64,000 bases of DNA from Macrostomum hystrix (Eukaryota; Animalia; Platyhelminthes). The stretch is taken from assembly GCA_950097015.1 (NCBI GenBank), contig CATNEN010000001.1, forward strand, positions 15,376,001 through 15,440,000, read 5' to 3'. The notes beneath the pieces are model-generated. The model had not been told where the DNA came from. It saw nothing but the letters and a program-made list of their open reading frames with translations, and searched no databases. A program made the translations under genes and the position numbers. Shown in pieces: positions 1-12,617 of the stretch (its first letter is position 1; each line of letters starts with the position of its first letter).

Positions 1-104
1 CCCTGGAAGAGAGACCAGCTGGGATTAGTCCGGAATATGCGAATGCGAAGCACTTTTTAGATAATTTTGCAGCAACTCATATGCACAGCCCTTCTGCCTG
101 ACTC

Positions 105-2690
105 TATGAATCCCAATTCCTATGAATCCCAATTCCTATGAATCCCAATTCCTATGAATCCCACTTCCTATGAATCCCAATTCCTATGAATCCCAATTCC
201 TATGAATCCCAAGTTCTATGAATCCCAATTCCTATGAATCCCAATTCCTATGAATCCCAATTCCTATGAATCCCAATTCCTATGAATCCCAAGTTCTTTG
301 AATCCCAAGTTCTATGAATCCCAATTCCTATGAATCCCAAGTTCTATGAATCCCAATTCCTATGAATCCCAATTCCTATGAATCCCAATTCCTATGAATC
401 CCAATTCCTATGAATCCCAATTCCTATGAATCCCAATTCCTATGAATCCCAATTCCTATGAATCCCAAGTTCTATGAATCCCAATTCCTATGAATCCCAA
501 TTCCTATGAATCCCAATTCCTATGAATCCCAATTCCTATGAATCCCAATTCCTATGAATCCCAATTCCTATGAATCCCAATTCCTATGAATCCCAAGTTC
601 TATGAATCCCACTTCCTATGAATCCCAATTCCTATGAATCCCAATTCCTATGAATCCCAATTCCTATGAATCCCAATTCCTATGAATCCCAATTCCTATG
701 AATCCCAAGTTCTATGAATCCCAATTCCTATGAATCCCAATTCCTATGAATCCCAAGTTCTATGAATCCCAATTCCTATGAATCCCACTTCCTATGAATC
801 CCAATTCCTATGAATCCCAATTCCTATGAATCCCACTTCCTATGAATCCCAATTCCTATGAATCCCAATTCCTATGAATCCCAATTCCTATGAATCCCAA
901 TTCCTATGAATCCCACTTCCTATGAATCCCACTTCCTATGAATCCCAATTCCTATGAATCCCAATTCCTATGAATCCCAATTCCTATGAATCCCAAGTTC
1001 TATGAATCCCACTTCCTATGAATCCCAATTCCTATGAATCCCAATTCCTATGAATCCCAATTCCTATGAATCCCAATTCCTATGAATCCCAATTCCTATG
1101 AATCCCAATTCCTATGAATCCCAATTCCTATGAATCCCAATTCCTATGAATCCCAAGTTCTATGAATCCCAATTCCTATGAATCCCAAGTTCTTTGAATC
1201 CCAAGTTCTATGAATCCCAAGTTCTATGAATCCTAAGTTCTATGAATCCCAAGTTCTATGAATCCCAAGTTCTATGAATCCTAAGTTCTATGAATCCCAA
1301 GTTCTATGAATCCCAAGTTCTATGAATCCCAAGTTCTATGAATCCCACTTCCTATGAATCCCAATTCCTATGAATCCCAATTCCTATGAATCCCAATTCC
1401 TATGAATCCCAATTCCTATGAATCCCAATTCCTATGAATCCCAAGTTCTATGAATCCCAATTCCTATGAATCCCAATTCCTATGAATCCCAATTCCTATG
1501 AATCCCAATTCCTATGAATCCCAATTCCTATGAATCCCAATTCCTATGAATCCCAATTCCTATGAATCCCAAGTTCTATGAATCCCACTTCCTATGAATC
1601 CCAATTCCTATGAATCCCAATTCCTATGAATCCCAATTCCTATGAATCCCAATTCCTATGAATCCCAATTCCTATGAATCCCAAGTTCTATGAATCCCAA
1701 TTCCTATGAATCCCAATTCCTATGAATCCCAAGTTCTATGAATCCCAATTCCTATGAATCCCACTTCCTATGAATCCCAATTCCTATGAATCCCAATTCC
1801 TATGAATCCCACTTCCTATGAATCCCAATTCCTATGAATCCCAATTCCTATGAATCCCAATTCCTATGAATCCCAATTCCTATGAATCCCACTTCCTATG
1901 AATCCCACTTCCTATGAATCCCAATTCCTATGAATCCCAATTCCTATGAATCCCAAGTTCTATGAATCCCAATTCCTATGAATCCCAAGTTCTTTGAATC
2001 CCAAGTTCTATGAATCCCACTTCCTATGAATCCCAATTCCTATGAATCCCAATTCCTTTGAATCCCACTTCCTATGAATCCCAATTCCTTTGAATCCCAA
2101 TTCCTATGAATCCCAATTCCTGTGAATCCCAATTCCTATGAATCCCAAGTTCTATGAATCCCAATTCCTATGAATCCCAAGTTCTATGAATCCCAATTCC
2201 TATGAATCCCACTTCCTATGAATCCCAATTCCTATGAATCCCACTTCCTATGAATCCCAATTCCTATGAATCCCAATTCCTATGAATCCCAATTCCTATG
2301 AATCCCAATTCCTATGAATCCCAATTCCTATGAATCCCAATTCCTATGAATCCCAATTCCTATGAATCCCAATTCCTATGAATCCCACTTCCTATGAATC
2401 CCACTTCCTATGAATCCCAATTCCTATGAATCCCAATTCCTATGAATCCCAAGTTCTATGAATCCCAATTCCTATGAATCCCAAGTTCTTTGAATCCCAA
2501 GTTCTATGAATCCCAAGTTCTATGAATCCCACTTCCTATGAATCCCAATTCCTATGAATCCCAAGTTTTATGAATCCCAAGTTCTATGAATCCCGATTCC
2601 TATGAATCCCAATTCCTATGAATCCCAAGTTCTATGAATCCCAATTCCTATGAATCCCAATTCCTATGAATCCCAAGTTCTATGAATCCC
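105..2690. repeat. 16-bp satellite (TATGAATCCCAATTCC and variants), ~160 units
   Basis: Period of 16 read directly (TATG at 121, 137...). Variant units AAGTTC/ACTTCC recur in blocks. Confidence 0.97.
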
Positions 2691-3050
2691 AGTTTCTTTG
2701 AATCCAAATTCTACGAATCCCAGTTTAGCAAATCCCATTTCCATGAATTCCAGTCCCATAAGTCCCAGTTTAGCAAATCCCATTTCCATTAATTCCAGTC
2801 CCATAAGTCCCAGTTTAGGGAATCCCATATCCATGAATTCCAGTCCCATAAGTCCCAGGTTAGCAAATCCCATTTCCATGAATTCCAGTCCCACAAGTCC
2901 CAGGTTAGCAAATCCCATTTCCATGAATTCTAGTTCCATAAGTCCCAGTTTAGCAAATCCCATTTCCATGAATTCCAGTCCCATAAGTCCCAGTTCAGCA
3001 AATCCCATTTCCATGAATTCCAGTTTCATAAGTCTCAATTCTATAAACCC
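2690..3050. repeat. 45-bp higher-order repeat (3 x ~15 bp), diverged end of the same satellite family
   Basis: AGTCCCAGTTTAGCAAATCCCATTTCCATGAATTCCAGTCCCATA units. They explain the 15-aa periodic ORFs on both strands. Confidence 0.9.
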
Positions 3051-3800
3051 TTGTAATAATCCTTAACTATTCCGTTTCGCTAAAAATTAAATCCAACTAT
3101 TCAGTGACTGTCCATTTATTTATAAATTGTGAACATACGAAGTATTGAAATGTAGTAAATTTATTCCGTAAAAGTTTAAATTTAAAACTAAAAGCTTAGA
3201 CACAATGGTACTGTTATACTTTATTAACGCAATGACACAGAAGATTAAAACTGAATGGCTAATGGAAGTGCCTTTCACTGGTTTATAGCCAGTTGGAATT
3301 CAACCACAATATAACATTCATAACATGACATTACAGTAAGTACACAAAAAACACATAGCAATGTACAGTGGTCATTTAGTTCAGCTTCGTAGCTGTGGCA
3401 TGTTGCGCCAATGGAAACTTAAATAAACCAATTCGACATTAACAGTAAAACAACATCAGAAAAGTCTGCTTTAAAATGCTGCAATGACGACTCGATCAAC
3501 AATGTCAGACTGAGAATGTCAGACTGAGAACATTGCATAACTGCGACACCGATTTGTGTTTAACTGAAGCAATCCAGGACCAAAAGCAGACAGAGCGAAA
3601 TTGAAAGACAGTATTAACAATAATTTGACGCGGGGCGAGGCATTGTTTCATTGAGATGACGTCAGCAACGAATTCCCGAGCCAAAATATGAGAGGGATCC
3701 ATTAGTGCTGAGCTGCCTTGCTGAGCTTCCGTGTGAGAACAATGTGTTTCCTGGAATTTGAACAGGAGTCCTGATTCTTCAAATAGCTATTTACACCATT

Positions 3801-4350
3801 AAGTCCCGATTCTCCGAGTCCCGTTTCTTCGAGTCCCGATTCTCCGAGTCCCGATTCTTCTAGTCCCGATTCTTCGAGTCCCGATTCTCCGAGTCCCGAT
3901 TCTCCGAGTCCCGATTCTCCGAGTCCCGATTCTCCGAGTCCCGATTCTCCGAGTCCCGATTCTTCGAGTCCCGATTCTTCGTGTCCCGATTCTTCGAGTC
4001 TCGATTCTTCGAGTCCCGATTCTTCGAGTCCCGATTCTCCGAGTCCCGATTCTCCGAGTCCCGATTCTTCGAGTCCCGATTCTCCGAGTCCCGATTCTCC
4101 GAGTCCCGATTCTTCGAGTCCCGATTCTTCGTGTCCCGATTCTTCGAGTCTCGATTCTTCGAGTCCCGATTCTCCGAGTCCCGATTCTCCGAGTCCCGAT
4201 TCTCCGAGTCCCGATTCTCCGAGTCCCGATTCTCCGAGTCCCGATTCTCCGAGTCCCGATTCTTCGAGTCCCGATTCTCCGAGTCCCGTTTCTCCGAGTC
4301 CCGATTCTCCGAGTCCCGATTCTCCGAGTCCCGATTCTCCGAGTCCCAAC
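3801..4350. repeat. 15-bp minisatellite (GAGTCCCGATTCTCC), ~36 units
   Basis: Direct periodicity. The ESGLG/SENRD/SESRF ORFs are artefacts of it. Confidence 0.97.
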
Positions 4351-4379
4351 TCACCAAATAAATTTAAAACGCCCTTGCC

Positions 4380-6394
4380 TCAGGCAAAGAGGTCCTCGAA
4401 AATGCCTTTAGTCAGTCGGTTTACTCTCTCGGTGTCCTGTCTCTTCAGTCTTTGATCTAGATGGCAGCTGGTGATGACACCAACGTCAGAACCTAGAGAC
4501 GCTATCTGATAACGCAATCTTGCGCAAGACACACCGTCACGCGCTGGCAGGCAGTGGGAAGTGAAAGTGTTCAACGCATCAGCCGGGCAAAACTCTAAAG
4601 TCTGCACATCGTCCTGACACTCCTCCTCCAGCCAGCGCGGCCATCTTCGCTGATGCCTTTGCCGAAATCGACGTCCGTCATTGCCTGTGGTCTCCCGACG
4701 ACGCCTCCGGCGCTGAGGTCGCCATTTGAGAAGCCGCAGATTGAGACCACCGCTGACGCTCTCAGACGGTGTCAGAAGGAACAAGCATTGGCGCTGCCAT
4801 TGAAGACTTCCCAAAGCCGCAGCCTGAACGGATTGTGCAGGGCGCGTGTCAAATCAACGCCAAAATCAACCAGTTTAACAAAACAAAATGCGCACCTTCA
4901 GTTTGAGTCTGCCGCCGCGAACGCTGCAGACGAAGCCGTGGGCTCCTTGGCGAAGGCTCACAATCTGGCCGTCTCCGCGTCGCAGCCATTTCAGCGGCAC
5001 TCGACGGCGGAAGGCAGGAATTCGAGTCCAGATTTGTAGCTTGAAAATCTCTGCAGTTTTACACGTAAAGAAAAAGATAAGCGGAGAAAAAAAAACCCAA
5101 CCAGAGATTAGGTAACTTTGCTCAGAGTCCAAACTTGGACAGAGTCGAACAACAGACATTTCTAAGACTCAAACTTCTTTGCTTCGTTGATTTTTTTCTA
5201 AGAATCCCAATTTTAAGAATCCCAATTCTATGAATGCCAATTCTAAGAATCCCAATTCTAAGAATCCCAATTCCAAGAATCCCAATTCTAAGAATCCCAA
5301 TTCTCAGAATCCCAATTCTAAGAATCCCAATTCTAAGAATCCCAATTCTAAGAATCCCAATTCCAAGAATCCCTATTCTAAGAATCCCAATTCTTAGAAT
5401 TCTAAATCCCAAAAAGTAACTTTTTTACTTTTTGTTCTCAAAATCCCGATTCTCCAGTTAATAATTTTGTTTGAATTTTAATATTTAAATTTCTTCCATA
5501 ATCTTCCATTAAGGGCGGCTTTCTAGAAGTAAATATGGGATTTTGTTACCAAAACTTAGAACTTTAAATTTTGGATGACAGGTACAAATCTCTGCCGAAA
5601 TTGTTAATAATTGTTAATCCATGATTTCTCCACTAAATGCTTTTCTATATGAAACTGTGCCTTCTAGGAGTTCCTTAGTTACTCACGTCTGTATAGAAAA
5701 AGGATCCGAGGCGCTGGAAAATCGTCAGTTCTATTTTCGACTTCGCTAAAGCAGTTGGATGCAGTGAATTGTTTTTAGCCCTAGAGAATTTTACGACAAA
5801 TGTATCAAAAGGAGTCACTAATGTTGAATCTACTGGCTACCGCAAATATAAACGGTGACTTTGTTAAAGTGTGAGAGTTCAGGAGACAAATTGGGTCTGC
5901 AACCCATTTTCTGGACCTCCTGGCGCTCCAGCTGTGAGACAGCTCATAAAAACGTTCACAATGGGCCCTCAGCTATGAATAAAATCGGTTTGAAAATTAT
6001 CGGAAAATTATAAAACCTTTGACAGCCTGTGAAGCGCATTGGTCGACGGAGAAGCACTCTGCTCGCTGCTCATCTGCTGCTAGCAGGCTGTGCTCAACTA
6101 GTCTCAGAAATCTATTCGAGCAGCTAGACAGTAGGCGAATGTTCGACTCGACGACTGGTGGCAAGCTTGCTGTCAAGTTTCCCAGACTACCAGCCGACAC
6201 GGGCTCTCTGGCCAGATGGTCCCCGACGATGACCCTGTTGCTGGCCGCGCCGCAGTTCTGAAGCCATGAATATTGGCTGCAATAAATGCCGATTCCACTG
6301 CAAACCTGAAGAGCGGAATCTGAGAACTTACCTGAGCAATGCTGAGGAGCAGGAGGATTAGTAGAATGCTACAGACTGATGCAATCCCAAACAT
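4380..6394 (-). CDS. Putative secreted FGF-like protein, ~300 aa; exons 6394-6332, 6257-6017, 5050-4896, 4823-4380
   Basis: Exon 1 is signal-peptide-like (MFGIASVCSILLILLLLSIAQ|GTAAGT). All junctions are GT-AG and phase-compatible (0,1,0), with 74- and 72-nt introns. The core IRLLSSCSNRFLRL...GQIVSLRQGAHGFVCSVRGGRLKLK|...QCLF resembles FGF beta-trefoil strands. The donor at 6016 (AG|GTTTTA) is weak, so an extra exon is possible. Confidence 0.5.
5198..5412. repeat. 15-bp array (AAGAATCCCAATTCT) in intron 2 of the FGF-like gene
   Basis: About 14 units sharing the GAATCCCAATT core with the 105-2690 satellite. A few inverted units occur at ~9630-9670. Confidence 0.93.
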
Positions 6395-8515
6395 TTTGGT
6401 ATTATCTGGCAGTGACCAAATAATCTTCCTGCTTGAAGCCCGAGAATGTTCGGCGAAATTTTTTCTTTGGTTGACAGGGAAAACTCTAGCTGGTGGCTTT
6501 TGTAGAGGCCCAACCGATGCTATAAATAGATGTGACTAAGGAGTAGCTCTGCGAATGTAGCGAGGCCTGTTGTGGGGAACTACCTCGAGCGTCTGTAAAC
6601 TGGCAACAACCCGGCCAACCACAACGGCCTAAAGAAGGAAATTTCAGTGGGCCAAGCGCACAGCCTTGGTGACGGCTTCGCCAAGCTTTCCCTATTGGTC
6701 CAGGGCTGGCAGTCACGAGAGCTTCGAGTTTCGCAATCGAATAGTACTGATAATAATTATCTATGGGCAAATTCGAGTAGGCGCCTCATTTGGTGGGAGT
6801 ACACACATCTGCGTTGACTTTCCCATTGTCAGACAATCCACCGTTGAAGTTTCTCATCGTAGCAACTTAATCTTCACAGATTCTAAACAATTTCGAATCT
6901 GTCTTCAAACAGCATTCAGTAATAGATTTTTAGTTAAGAAAATTTTGCCGCTCTGTTGAGTCACGCGGTGCTATATCAAGTACAAATATGGCAGGTAAAA
7001 AAACTAAAATGCGGTACTTGGGTGATAGCTTTTTGTTTTAACACACCCCCACTTTGTGTGGTGGGTGGAAAACTGCGCAATAGATTCGAGCCGTACAAAT
7101 ATAGTGCTTGACGCTGATTTTACTCTGTTAGGACTGCTGCCAGCACTGTTTATAAATTAGTCACTCTCAGAACAAGGACCTTCTTTTTTGGAACCTCAAT
7201 TCATTGTTTTCAACTCCCCCTTCTGTCGCAAGAGTAGGTTGTCGCACATTAAGCTGCTTGAAATTAGCAGTGACAGTCTCAATTGAATAATATCAGATGT
7301 TACATGCAGCCCTTCAAGTTTTAGCGAAATTGGTGCAGCCCTAAACACCAAAATCCGAGGCTTCTAAAGTCTAAGTTTCACTTTACGCTAAAGTAACATT
7401 TTGCTAATGTTCTTGTTCTGTTTTTCTCTAAAATATTTTTTTGTTCTTTTTGCTTTCTTGTTGCCGCCGCCGCCGCCGCCACCGCCAACTCCTCCGCTGT
7501 CAAAGATTTTGTCGGGCCGATTCTGTCTGCATCCGCTAGTGGACTGTCTGCGTCCCTGACCTGGGCAAGACAGGGGAGAAACAGCCTACATGACTGTTAA
7601 GGTAAGAAATGCTACCGGATTCTTGTTGCCGTATATTTTCGGTGTAAGATTTCTAAAGTAGCGAAATTACTAGCCAGTTGAAATACTGCTAACCGCAGCC
7701 TGGACGTGGTGAGGCTTCAAGCGCTCGCACTTTCCTTTTATAGTCGTAGCTAAATGTATTTTTGCATCAGGCTACTTCCATTGCCAGCAGTGTCATCTAT
7801 CAAATTGCCTTGGCTTGTTTGAGTTTTGGCACAGACAGTGAACACACTGCTGTCTTTGCACTTTACAAACGGTGCCAACACGCCACAGGATTTACTCATT
7901 TTGTTCTTTGTTCTAGACTTCTTTCTCGAAGCAGCTAAGGCACCATTTCCATCCCGCTTACCCCTGAGCACAAACACGAATTGACCTAACATCTAACACA
8001 CACTTGACCAACCATTCAAAGCCGTCTGGGTCGAGATGGCGAATTCATATTGGTCAAATATACAATAACCAAAATAACCAAGAATCGTTCAACATCTCGA
8101 CACGATGCGGATGCTTGGTGATTCTGTCTGGCTTTATCTGGATTTCTAGATTTTTCTGGCGAATGGAAAAATGAATAATGCGGATATTTGATACACCCGT
8201 GGTCTGTTCATTGTTAAGCTCTAAATAAAAAATGGCTACTGGGTTCCAGTATTTCTGAGTAAATATTGCTGTGAGCTTTGGATTGCGAGCTAGCACAATG
8301 GTCCAACTTCTTGCAGGATAGAGTTACACACCAATCAATAGCTCTTTATCCAATGAAACAGAAAACAAATCATGGACAAAATTTCATAGCCACTGAGACA
8401 ATTTTGTGTGGCCAAAATATTTTCCAATTTTGATTACAACGCATCTATTGTCTCAATGCATTGTACTATAATAATAAAATCCTATAACAGGTTTAGGGTG
8501 TCAGGTTCCACCGAT

Positions 8516-9553
8516 CTAACCAGCAGCAACTGTAGTCGCAACAACTGTCACAGGCGGGGTTGCCATGGAGACAGACTTGCACGCCAGCCGCCTAGCCAGG
8601 TGACGCCTTAGGCCGCGATTGAACATGACAGTCAGGCAAGGCACAGCGGCTGAGTTGGCAAAGAATAGGTAGAACAGGCATGCGTCCATGCCGCTGCCGG
8701 TGACATTGTCCAGAACCATTGGCAGGAGGCTGGCGAACTGAACCACATTGCCCAGTACTAGCGCCAGCAGGGGCCGACGGGCCTGCTCGATGGCAGCCGC
8801 TCGCTGCTCGCCAACCGGAGCCACCGATCTGGCTCTCACCAGCAGCAATGCGCCAGTGGCAGTGTAGACACAGGCGGAGAACAGGTAGGCTAGAATCCCT
8901 ATGCCCGTCTTCACGTAAGTGCTGATTCTGGTGTACAAGATCACGCGGTCGCACACCATAACATCACTGAGGTCGTCTAGACGGCTGTAGCGCCACGACT
9001 GTATACCGATTTCTCCGGTTGCCATAACAACCAGACCAGCCAAGGCCGCCAAACCGACCATACGACTATTCCATCGAGTATTTGTCGGTGCCGTGATAGC
9101 CAACAGACGGTCTAGAGCCAGCAGGCTGTACACGTAGACCTCCAAACCGATGGCTACGTCTCTGGCGCTGTACAAGATTCTCAGCAGAGTGACATGTCGC
9201 ACGTAGAACTCATTCTCGCTATCGCCGCTCCACTCCGGGCTGATCAGTTCGCTGCCGAACAGTCGATTTTGATAGCCGACGCCAAGCCTGAAGAGCAACA
9301 GCGCCAGCAGGGAGGCTTCGGCCAGTTCGCAGCAGCACAGCACCAGAGTCAGTAGACGAAACGTCCGTCTCTGGATAACGCTTCTCTGCCGCTTGTCCGA
9401 CAGAACGGTGGCCAGAATCAGGCTGTTTCCCACCAGTGCCACGGCGCACACGACGGAGTAGATGCAGAAGAAGTACACACCGATTGGGCGACCCTTGTAG
9501 TTGCTCTGGAATCTGGGGCAGACGTCCTTCACCGATGCGGTCACGTTGTCCAT
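8516..9553 (-). CDS. Intronless rhodopsin-like (class A) orphan GPCR, 345 aa
   Basis: Seven hydrophobic segments. TM1 GNSLIL, TM3 LLALDRLLAI (DRY-like), TM7 FANSAAVPCL (degenerate NPxxY), helix-8-like FNRGLRRHL, N-terminal NVT sequon. Confidence 0.85.
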   Translation of the reverse strand: MDNVTASVKDVCPRFQSNYKGRPIGVYFFCIYSVVCAVALVGNSLILATVLSDKRQRSVIQRRTFRLLTLVLCCCELAEASLLALLLFRLGVGYQNRLFGSELISPEWSGDSENEFYVRHVTLLRILYSARDVAIGLEVYVYSLLALDRLLAITAPTNTRWNSRMVGLAALAGLVVMATGEIGIQSWRYSRLDDLSDVMVCDRVILYTRISTYVKTGIGILAYLFSACVYTATGALLLVRARSVAPVGEQRAAAIEQARRPLLALVLGNVVQFASLLPMVLDNVTGSGMDACLFYLFFANSAAVPCLTVMFNRGLRRHLARRLACKSVSMATPPVTVVATTVAAG

Positions 9554-9804
9554 CTCAACAAAGAACCGAGTAGCAAAGATATAACCGATTTATTGTCGAA
9601 ACGCTGCCAAAATGTATTTGAATTCTTGCAATTGGGATTCTTAGAATTGGGATTCTCAGAACTCGGATTCTAATTCTAATTCTAAGTGCATGTTGTACTA
9701 TAAAACTAATTTCGGAGTGAATTTGCACCCTTAGACAGTCCTAGTTTTCTAGTTTCAGCTGACTGAGATTCCAATGATTTTTGGAAGTACTCACTGATGT
9801 TTGA

Positions 9805-10478
9805 AAGGCGATGAGAACACGGGGCTTCTTATTGAACGGACACGATTTTTCAGTTTAACTGTGCTGGCTTCAAGGCGATGAGAACACGGGGCTTCTTATT
9901 GAACGGACACGATTTTTCAGTTTAACTGTGCTGGCTTCAAGGCGATGAGAACACGGGGCTTCTTATTGAACGGACACGAGTTTTCAGTTTAACTGTGCTG
10001 GCTTCAAGGCGATGAGAACACGGGGCTTCTTATTGAACGGACACGAGTTTTCAGTTTAACTGTGCTGGCTTCAAGGCGATGAGAACACGGGGCTTCTTAT
10101 TGAACGGACACGAGTTTTCAGTTTAACTGTGCTGGCTTCAAGGCGATGAGAACACGGGGCTTCTTATTGAACGGACACGAGTTTTCAGTTTAACTGTGCT
10201 GGCTTCAAGGCGATGAGAACACGGGGCTTCTTATTGAACGGACACGAGTTTTCAGTTTAACTGTGCTGGCTTCAAGGCGATGAGAACACGGGGCTTCTTA
10301 TTGAACGGACACGAGTTTTCAGTTTAACTGTGCTGGCTTCAAGGCGATGAGAACACGGGGCTTCTTATTGAACGGACACGAGTTTTCAGTTTAACTGTGC
10401 TGGCTTCAAGGCGATGAGAACACGGGGCTTCTTATTGAACGGACACGAGTTTTCAGTTTAACTGTGCTGGCTTCAAGG
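9805..10478. repeat. 67-bp tandem repeat, 10 near-identical copies
   Basis: Unit AAGGCGATGAGAACACGGGGCTTCTTATTGAACGGACACGAGTTTTCAGTTTAACTGTGCTGGCTTC. Only one variable position seen (first two units). Confidence 0.97.
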
Positions 10479-10694
10479 ATCCTAGCTTTATAACAGAATC
10501 TCGCTTGAATGAGATCTGTTGCCATTGGCTGGCAAAATGATGCTTTTTACACCCGCTGAATTTAGATCATTTGCTCAACTCTCTATTTAAATGTCACGCA
10601 CTGTTTTATTCAACTGTCCTAGTTTGAATAGCGCTAAATATATATACCTACGGAATTCAGCTCGTACTTGCACATCAAAGTAACGGAAGTTGCT

Positions 10695-10820
10695 CCGGGA
10701 TAAGTGGTAGAGCGGTCAACGCGCTTGCCTCTCGCACCAAGGTCCCTGAGCTGTTTCCGTGGCGAGGTCACATTCATTTGGGTCGCAGCCACAGAGAGAA
10801 GTCTTGGGAGCTTGGTGTAA
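10695..10820 (+). mobile_element. tRNA-derived SINE-like repeat, family A (truncated)
   Basis: A-box-like GTGGTAGAGCGG. Shares TCAACGCG.TTGCCTCTCGCACCAAGGTCCCTGAG...CACATTCATTTGGG with an inverted copy at 11731-11925 and a diverged copy at ~20990-21100. Confidence 0.6.
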
Positions 10821-11730
10821 CGTATCGTAAGTATTGCAAATCATTTTTTATTAAAAAAACGGATACAGAATGGAGCGGATGCTGCTAATGAAGTGGCCCA
10901 ATCGATTGATGTGGACACACAATCAATCTAGCAATAAGTGTAGAATAAGAACAATTCACTATGAAAGTAACGCAACTTACTCTAAAGGTGACATACTTTG
11001 TGGTAAAATTAACGATAGTTAGTGCCATGTAACGCATTACAGGTAAACAAAGTGACCAAACAATCAACGCTTTGATAAAGTAACGAGTCAAGTGTTAAAA
11101 ATGCTTTATAATTAAAAACTGCAAGTTAATAATGAATTACTGCAAGTTACCACAAGAAACGCTAGCTGTGAAAGTAACGAAGTGAATATAAAATTAGCGC
11201 AAGTTACTGGCGAATAAACGTGAATTCTTACCGAAAAAGCGGTAATACTGTCGAAGTAACGAAATAGCTGTAATATATCTGTGTAATTTTCTCCCTAATA
11301 AAAGGACGACGAAACACAGTAAGCAGAATTTCAGTAACAACAGGAACTCCTATTTGCTTACAGTCCGTCCAAAGCTTTCAGCAACTAATTATTTATTTGC
11401 CATTAACATCCTTCAGAACTTCTAATCATAAGAACCAGACATTGTCCGTAGTATGTCTGCTAGATGCGGTTCTCATACTATTGAGTCATTGATTCTGCTG
11501 CACAGACACGATTTCTGTATTTGTCTGCTCTGAATCAGGCAGAGCAAACACTCAAGGTCGTCTTTTTCTCGGCCAAAGTCCTGGATTAACAATCAAAGCC
11601 AATAAATAATTGGCAATTTCGCGTGTCGCTCAGATCATGCTGAGAAATAAGAATTCAAGAAGAGAACAAGCAAGAGGACTGTACGCAGGCATGCGCTGCA
11701 GGCGTGTACATCGGCCCTGACTTTCTCATC

Positions 11731-11925
11731 GTCAGACAGTGCAAACTCTCACCGTGCCTTGGAGGTTGGCCCTCAATGGCGTAAATTGCACGACAAGCCC
11801 CCAAGCCTCCTCTCCGCGGCTGCGCCCCAAATGAATGTGGCCTCGCCGCGGAATCGAGCTCAGGGACCTCAGGGACCTTGGTGCGAGAGGCAAACGCGTT
11901 GACGTCTCAGCCACTCAGCCCGTCG
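11731..11925 (-). mobile_element. tRNA-derived SINE-like repeat, family A
   Basis: Reverse complement matches 10695-10820. B-box-like GAGCTCGATTCC. Confidence 0.6.
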
Positions 11926-12617
11926 AGCTACGAAATCCTGTTGCATTTGTAGCAATGTCAAAAAAGTATTCGCATATTCCATGTCATCTACTGTCTACTC
12001 AAGGCTAGTAGTCTGCTCTGAATGAACTGATGCATTTTAGTGCAAAATGTCTGCCAAAATATCACTAGCACGGCCGAGAGCTGAAGGCATTGAAGAATCC
12101 TAATATCGATTGCTTCTCTTTATTCGTAGTTGCTGGCCAAACTAAAAGCACTAGAACAATGGACTCCGTCAGCGAAAAAACACTGCAAGTGAATTGGACT
12201 TTTCCAAGATGGCAAGGACGCCAGCAATGAATAATTGATGATTTCTGCTTACCCACTTCCCATTACTTCCAAGACTCCCCTCCGTCTGAAATTCATGAGC
12301 CAAAACCGCAGTAGCTAGGGAAAGCTTTTCTGAGAAACTGCATTCCAATGCGGACCTCTGCAAACTAGAGAAGTCTCGTGAGTTTGAGACCGCACTAAAA
12401 GGCCTAGCGAGATGTGGAACCCAGGTGACTAGGCTGTGTTGACACAACGTGATGGAGCTTGTGTGCTGTTCAGTTCATTGCTCAGTATACCATCCTGTTT
12501 GACTGAAAAAACACTGATGAGAACTGGAGAGATGACGTTGGAACTTCATCCGGATTCTCACAGCCCAACTGATCGAAGGTTCTAGAACGCATTTTAGGCC
12601 ATCTTAGCCAAAAACAT

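Noticed and set aside
2664-5419. Periodic ORFs (EFMEMGFA, ESGLG, SENRD, RIGIL)
   Set aside because: They are translations of 15/45-bp arrays, open in several frames and on both strands.
7440-7606. Possible plus-strand first exon (GCC repeat, AAG|GTAAGA donor)
   Set aside because: No downstream exon or ORF could be linked to it.
9805-10478. CRISPR array (67-bp period)
   Set aside because: Units are identical along their whole length with no unique spacers. The context is eukaryotic and has no cas genes.
10695-10770. tRNA genes at the SINE heads (also ~15620-15680, ~33595-33660)
   Set aside because: A/B-box-like motifs are present but no full cloverleaf. They continue into shared repeat bodies.
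12065-12447. Possible minus-strand exons (donor TGG|GTAAGC near 12253)
   Set aside because: No recognisable domain and no convincing in-phase downstream exon.
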